This document shows positions 28,042 through 32,000 of a DNA stretch of 32,000 nt, in pieces. The translations under genes and the position numbers were made by a program. Positions within the stretch are counted from its first letter, which is position 1, and every line of letters starts with the position of its first letter. Source of the stretch: Cuniculiplasma divulgatum (GTDB lineage Archaea > Thermoplasmatota > Thermoplasmata > Thermoplasmatales > Thermoplasmataceae); assembly GCF_900083515.1 (NCBI RefSeq), contig NZ_LT671858.1, positions 540,001 through 572,000 of the forward strand, read 5' to 3'. Under the pieces are notes generated by a model, which saw only the letters and a program-made list of their open reading frames with translations, searched no databases and was not told the origin of the DNA.

Positions 28042-28407
28042 CTACGAGGTTGCCTCATCACTTACAAGTTTGACGAACGGTTCAAGAGAAGTCAGTAACC
28101 TATCACCAAACTCCGTGAGAGTGTAGGTTAACTTTCCTCCTGCGTTACTCTTGCTTATTATACCAGAATTTACCAGTTCCCTTAATCGCTTTGAGATTAT
28201 GGTAGAACTTGACATTGGTATATGTGCCTTCACATTATTGAAGTTAGAACCTTTACCATTGATCTTAATGCTGAGCATGACAAGCAGGGAATATTTTCTT
28301 GAGAGCACCCTGAGAACAGGCAATGAAGGATCGATGCAGAGTTTTTTACCATCAACTTCTATCATGCATATCTCAAGTCTGTTCTGTCTCCTTGAATATT
28401 CATCCAT
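28042..28407 (-). CDS. HxlR/DUF24-type winged-helix transcriptional regulator
   Basis: The pattern C..(P)..VL.VLSRKYSLLVML......FNNVKAHIPMSSSTIISKRLRELVNSGIISK....GKLTYTLTEFGDRL matches the HxlR family layout. I prefer the ATG at 28407 (MDEYS) over the listed TTG at 28449. It is divergent from the HMA-merA pair. Confidence 0.65.
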   Translation of the reverse strand: MDEYSRRQNRLEICMIEVDGKKLCIDPSLPVLRVLSRKYSLLVMLSIKINGKGSNFNNVKAHIPMSSSTIISKRLRELVNSGIISKSNAGGKLTYTLTEFGDRLLTSLEPFVKLVSDEATS

Positions 28408-28440
28408 GCTAATAAAGTTAGAAAAATAATATAATCTTTT

Positions 28441-28458
28441 AGTAAACAAAAGTTTACT
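28441..28458. promoter_or_regulatory. perfect inverted repeat AGTAAAC-aaaa-GTTTACT, candidate operator
   Basis: A 7-bp perfect palindrome with a 4-bp spacer. It lies in the 85-bp divergent intergenic region, 9 nt upstream of the TATA-like TTTATAAA (28467-28474) that precedes the HMA gene ATG (28493). Confidence 0.4.
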
Positions 28459-28492
28459 TTGTACTATTTATAAACAGAATTAATTTCTGTAT

Positions 28493-28726
28493 ATGGTAGA
28501 AAAAAAGATTGAACTGAAAATATACGGAATGACATGCGAGGACTGCGCCTTCACCATAAAAAATGAAATGGAAAAAATAGGTGCAAAAGATATAAACATA
28601 GATTATAAAAAAGGGATAGGAAGTCTCAAACTGGATGATTCGGAAGATCCAAAGGACAGGATACTTAAAAGTCCAGTTTTTTCTCCACAATCCCATTATA
28701 AGGCAATAATCAAAAAGGTGGAGTGA
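28493..28726 (+). CDS. heavy-metal-associated (HMA) domain metallochaperone
   Basis: 77-aa ORF with GMTCEDC (the GMTCxxC metal-binding loop) at the expected position in a beta-alpha-beta-beta-alpha-beta fold. Its stop overlaps the merA start. Confidence 0.8.
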   Translation: MVEKKIELKIYGMTCEDCAFTIKNEMEKIGAKDINIDYKKGIGSLKLDDSEDPKDRILKSPVFSPQSHYKAIIKKVE

Positions 28727-30156
28727 TGCAGGAGGAATTTGATATTGCCATTTTGGGTCGGGGAGCAGCAGCATTCTCATTTGCCATAAAAACCTCTGAA
28801 CTGAGCCATAATCAGGCAAAAATTGTAATGATAGGCTATGGATTTATTGGAGGCACATGTGTTAATGTGGGTTGCGTCCCATCAAAGTATATCCTTGAGT
28901 CTGCAAAATTATATCAGAAGATGATTCATCCTCCATTTCCAGGTATATCATCTGACGAAAATTCTCTGGATTTCAGGAAGCTCATGGAAAGTATTGAAAA
29001 TTTGACATCAGGCGAGAGAAAGACAAAATATGAGGATGTGCTGACATATTATCCCAATATTCACATAATGAATGGTCGTGGAAGATTTCTTGGCCCTGAT
29101 AGGTTAGAAGTTGTAAATGGTAACGAAAGGTCAGAAATAAGTGCTGATAATATTGTAATTGCAACTGGATCATCCTCATCATACCCGAATATAAAAGGAG
29201 TGAAGGAATTGAAGGGTGAACTTCTCACAAGCGATAGTGTCTGGAATTTGAGAGAAAAACCTCATTCCATGGGCATAATTGGTGGAGGATATATTGCCCT
29301 GGAGCTGGGCCAGGCACTCTCCATGCTCGGTGTAAATGTAACTATTTTCAAACATCATGATACTATAAACAGGATGGGTGACAGAGATGTTGATCGTAAA
29401 CTAATAGATGCCATTCAGTCGGATCATCTGAAGGTCCTCACAGGATATTCGGTGAATGAAATTAAAAAAAATGGAACATCCTATGAAATAATTGCAGAAA
29501 ATGAAGGATCTATTTCTAAATTTGAGTTTGAGAAGGTAATGATTGCTTCTGGAAGAAAGGCCAATGTGGAAAGCTTAGATCTTGAAAAAGCTGGTGTGAA
29601 ATATAACAGTAGAGGTATAACTGTGGATGAGAGTATGTGCACATCAAATTCACAGATATATGCTGCAGGTGATGTGGTAGAACAGAAATTTAACCTTGAA
29701 ACCATTGCAGCAAGAGAGGGAACAATCGCAGCAAACGCCATGTTTGGGCAGCCTTACGTGCCAGTAGATGAAACATTCATACCATGGGGAATATTCACAG
29801 ACCCGCAGGGTGCCTTTGTAGGGTACAGTGAAAATGAACTGAGGCAAAAAGGGATTGCCCATGAGTCAGTAGAGATAGATCTTGAATCAGTTCCAAAGGC
29901 CAGAATTATAAATGAAACAAAAGGGATCTATAAGTTGCTGTTTTCAGCAGATGATCATAAAATCCTTGGTATACAGGTTATTTCACCAATGGCAACGGAG
30001 ATAATAATGGAAGGTGCTTACATATTGAGGAATAATATGAGCATTGAAGATCTTGTATCAATGACACACATATTTCCAACAATTTCAGAGGGAATAAAGA
30101 TTGCAGCCCAATCCTACTCAAGGGATATTTCAAAAATGAGTTGCTGCATGGAGTAA
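28723..30156 (+). CDS. merA: mercuric reductase lacking a fused NmerA domain
   Basis: 477-aa ORF with FAD motif ILGRGAAA and redox-active disulfide block GGTCVNVGCVPSK. A vicinal Cys pair sits near the C-terminus (KMSCCME), the MerA hallmark that distinguishes it from lipoamide dehydrogenase and glutathione reductase. Adjacent to the HMA gene. Confidence 0.8.
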   Translation: MMQEEFDIAILGRGAAAFSFAIKTSELSHNQAKIVMIGYGFIGGTCVNVGCVPSKYILESAKLYQKMIHPPFPGISSDENSLDFRKLMESIENLTSGERKTKYEDVLTYYPNIHIMNGRGRFLGPDRLEVVNGNERSEISADNIVIATGSSSSYPNIKGVKELKGELLTSDSVWNLREKPHSMGIIGGGYIALELGQALSMLGVNVTIFKHHDTINRMGDRDVDRKLIDAIQSDHLKVLTGYSVNEIKKNGTSYEIIAENEGSISKFEFEKVMIASGRKANVESLDLEKAGVKYNSRGITVDESMCTSNSQIYAAGDVVEQKFNLETIAAREGTIAANAMFGQPYVPVDETFIPWGIFTDPQGAFVGYSENELRQKGIAHESVEIDLESVPKARIINETKGIYKLLFSADDHKILGIQVISPMATEIIMEGAYILRNNMSIEDLVSMTHIFPTISEGIKIAAQSYSRDISKMSCCME

Positions 30157-30213
30157 GAAAAAATTTTTCAATATTTTTATGCGAGCTATCAATCCGGTCT
30201 CAAAGGATCTAAG

Positions 30214-31005
30214 ATGAAAAAGTTGAGGCTCATAAAATATCCCGGTTCAAAGTGGGTTTCCATTCCTGATATAAGGGAAGTTTGGAAAAAATCAAATATG
30301 GAAGCATTCGCTGATGTTTTTGGAGGATCAGCAACGGTTTCACTAAACATGGGTGCAGAGAACGTAATATATAACGAATTAAACACTCAATTATACAATC
30401 TTTTACTGAGCCTCAGAGATTCATACGATTCGTTTATGGAATATGTAAAACAGTGGTTGACCTCACCAAAAAGTTTTATGGAATTCAGGAAGCAGTTGAA
30501 GGAAGAATCAGATGAAAAAAGGGAGGACAGAACATACAGTGCCTTCAAAACATTTTACAGGTATAACACAACCTTTGGTGGAATGGGAGAAACATATTCA
30601 ACATCAAGGGAAAAGAGTACCTTCACGGCAATGGGTAAAACAATTGGCGTTCTCCCGGCAATACACAAGACCATATCTACCTGGAAACTGGAAAACATGG
30701 ATTTCCTTGCATTCATAAGGAAATATGACAGTGAAAAAACTTTTCTGTATATGGATCCACCATATCCTGGCAAGAACTGGTATGAGCACAATTTTTCCAT
30801 AAAGGATTACAGAGATCTTTCTTCTGTCAGGAAGGAAATGAGAGGAAAATATCTGATGAATTTTGACCGGGGGAGTGAGCAGATTACAAAGGTTTTTGGT
30901 GAACCACAGTTCATAAGAAAATACGAGAACAAAAATGGAAATGGCGAAGATATGGAAGAGCCATTCAGATACATCTCATTTTACACAAATGTACTGAATA
31001 AATAG
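30214..31005 (+). CDS. Dam-like (D12 class) N6-adenine DNA methyltransferase
   Basis: 263-aa ORF with an N-terminal YPGSKW block, AdoMet motif I FADVFGGSATV and catalytic motif IV DPPY (LYMDPPYPG). The order I...IV fits alpha-group Dam-type enzymes. Confidence 0.8.
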   Translation: MKKLRLIKYPGSKWVSIPDIREVWKKSNMEAFADVFGGSATVSLNMGAENVIYNELNTQLYNLLLSLRDSYDSFMEYVKQWLTSPKSFMEFRKQLKEESDEKREDRTYSAFKTFYRYNTTFGGMGETYSTSREKSTFTAMGKTIGVLPAIHKTISTWKLENMDFLAFIRKYDSEKTFLYMDPPYPGKNWYEHNFSIKDYRDLSSVRKEMRGKYLMNFDRGSEQITKVFGEPQFIRKYENKNGNGEDMEEPFRYISFYTNVLNK

Positions 31006-31106
31006 ACCAAATTTTGATCTTCGATTGAATTAGTGTTTTATTGACTCTTCAATTATAATATTGATGTGTGAAAAAAAATTAAAAACAATATATGTAATGA
31101 AACCAT

Positions 31107-32000
31107 GTGGGTAGGATAAGTTTGGATCAATACGACGCATCACAGATACAGATACTTGAGGGATTGAAGGCCGTAAGAAAAGTGCCAGGAATGTATATAG
31201 GTAATACTGGAGAGGGCGGTCTTCACCATCTTGTTTACGAGGTTGTAGATAACTGCGTTGATGAAGCGAACGCAGGATTTGCAGATAAGGTATTTATAAC
31301 GCTTGGAAGAGACGGTAGTGTAACAGTTGAGGATAATGGAAGAGGCATTCCAGTGGACATACACCCTCAATACAAGAGACCGGCACTTGAAATAGTGCTG
31401 ACGGAGTTACACAGCGGTGCAAAATTTGACAAAAAGGTTTACAAGGTTACTGGCGGTCTTCATGGGGTAGGAGTACACGTTGTTAATGCACTCTCAGAAA
31501 AACTTATTGCTGTAATTAAAAGAAATGGGAATATTTATTATGAAATTTTCAGGAGAGGCATACCAGATGGTCATCTGATAACAGTAAAGGAAGATGAAAA
31601 GGATAATGATCCAATTCTGAAGGATATAACACTCAATTTAAAGAGTGAATCCGGTACAACAATTAAATTCTGGCCTGATCCAGAAATTTTCCAGGAGACA
31701 GTATACAGTTACGAAATTCTAGAACGAAGAATGAGGGAACTGGCATATCTAAATCCCAATATATTCTTTGAGATGAGGGATGAAAGATCAGGAAAGAAAG
31801 ATACATTTCATTTTTCAGGAGGGTTATCCGAATTTGTATCATATCTTTCTGAAGGATATGATCTGCTTTTAAAGGAAACAATCAGGGGGCAGGAAGAAAA
31901 ATCAGATGTGGTTGTTGAATTTGCACTTCAGTATTCTTCAAATTCCATGGAGGTCATGAAGTCCTTTGTAAACAATATCAGAACGGACGAAGGCGGAACT
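31107..32000 (+). CDS. gyrB: DNA gyrase subunit B, 5' partial (runs off the window)
   Basis: Not in the ORF track because there is no stop in the window. The frame is open from 31101, with candidate starts GTG 31107 or TTG 31122. It reads ...IQILEGLKAVRKVPGMYIG...LHHLVYEVVDNCVDEA...EDNGRGIPVD...GGLHGVG, the GHKL ATPase blocks of GyrB. Confidence 0.9.
   Translation, partial: MGRISLDQYDASQIQILEGLKAVRKVPGMYIGNTGEGGLHHLVYEVVDNCVDEANAGFADKVFITLGRDGSVTVEDNGRGIPVDIHPQYKRPALEIVLTELHSGAKFDKKVYKVTGGLHGVGVHVVNALSEKLIAVIKRNGNIYYEIFRRGIPDGHLITVKEDEKDNDPILKDITLNLKSESGTTIKFWPDPEIFQETVYSYEILERRMRELAYLNPNIFFEMRDERSGKKDTFHFSGGLSEFVSYLSEGYDLLLKETIRGQEEKSDVVVEFALQYSSNSMEVMKSFVNNIRTDEGGT

Noticed and set aside
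28454-28819. 121-aa minus-strand ORF across the mer promoter and HMA gene.
   Set aside because: It is antisense to a clear GMTCxxC HMA gene and spans the intergenic promoter. Its composition is aromatic-rich and odd.
1-32000. CRISPR arrays, rRNA genes, IS elements or transposases, and long tandem repeats.
   Set aside because: Reading the window showed no regularly spaced direct repeats, rRNA-like conserved blocks, transposase-like ORFs or terminal inverted repeats. A computational repeat scan was not possible.

Overview
Low-GC, gene-dense chromosomal segment that reads as archaeal. Supporting signs are an archaeal-type AspRS, a LysW carrier-protein pathway, a tRNA without encoded CCA, and TATA boxes about 25 nt upstream of start codons. 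With DNA gyrase and a mercury-resistance locus present, a Thermoplasmatales-like acidophile is my best guess, but this is inference only.

Left to right:
- Ferredoxin-like protein, TSUP permease and GH38 alpha-mannosidase.
- A two-gene egtB-egtD ergothioneine module.
- argH-argG, then an ACT-domain protein.
- A complete lysW/lysY/lysZ/lysJ/lysX/lysK amino-group-carrier operon.
- A roughly 5 kb AT-rich, ORF-poor island ending at the 3' end of tRNA-Val(UAC).
- Housekeeping genes: 3-hydroxyacyl-CoA dehydrogenase, AspRS, NfeD and a ROK kinase.
- A mer locus: HxlR-type regulator, HMA chaperone and MerA.
- An orphan Dam-like methyltransferase and the 5' part of gyrB.

The island holds the best candidate for something undescribed. 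This is a tightly coupled three-gene cassette (18041-19353) whose last gene looks HEPN-like and whose first two genes I cannot assign. Next to it lie an AbiEi-like protein with a nuclease-like N-terminal extension and a frameshifted nucleotidyltransferase remnant.

No CRISPR array, rRNA, transposase or integrase was recognised. All family assignments rest on motifs read by eye; no searches were run.
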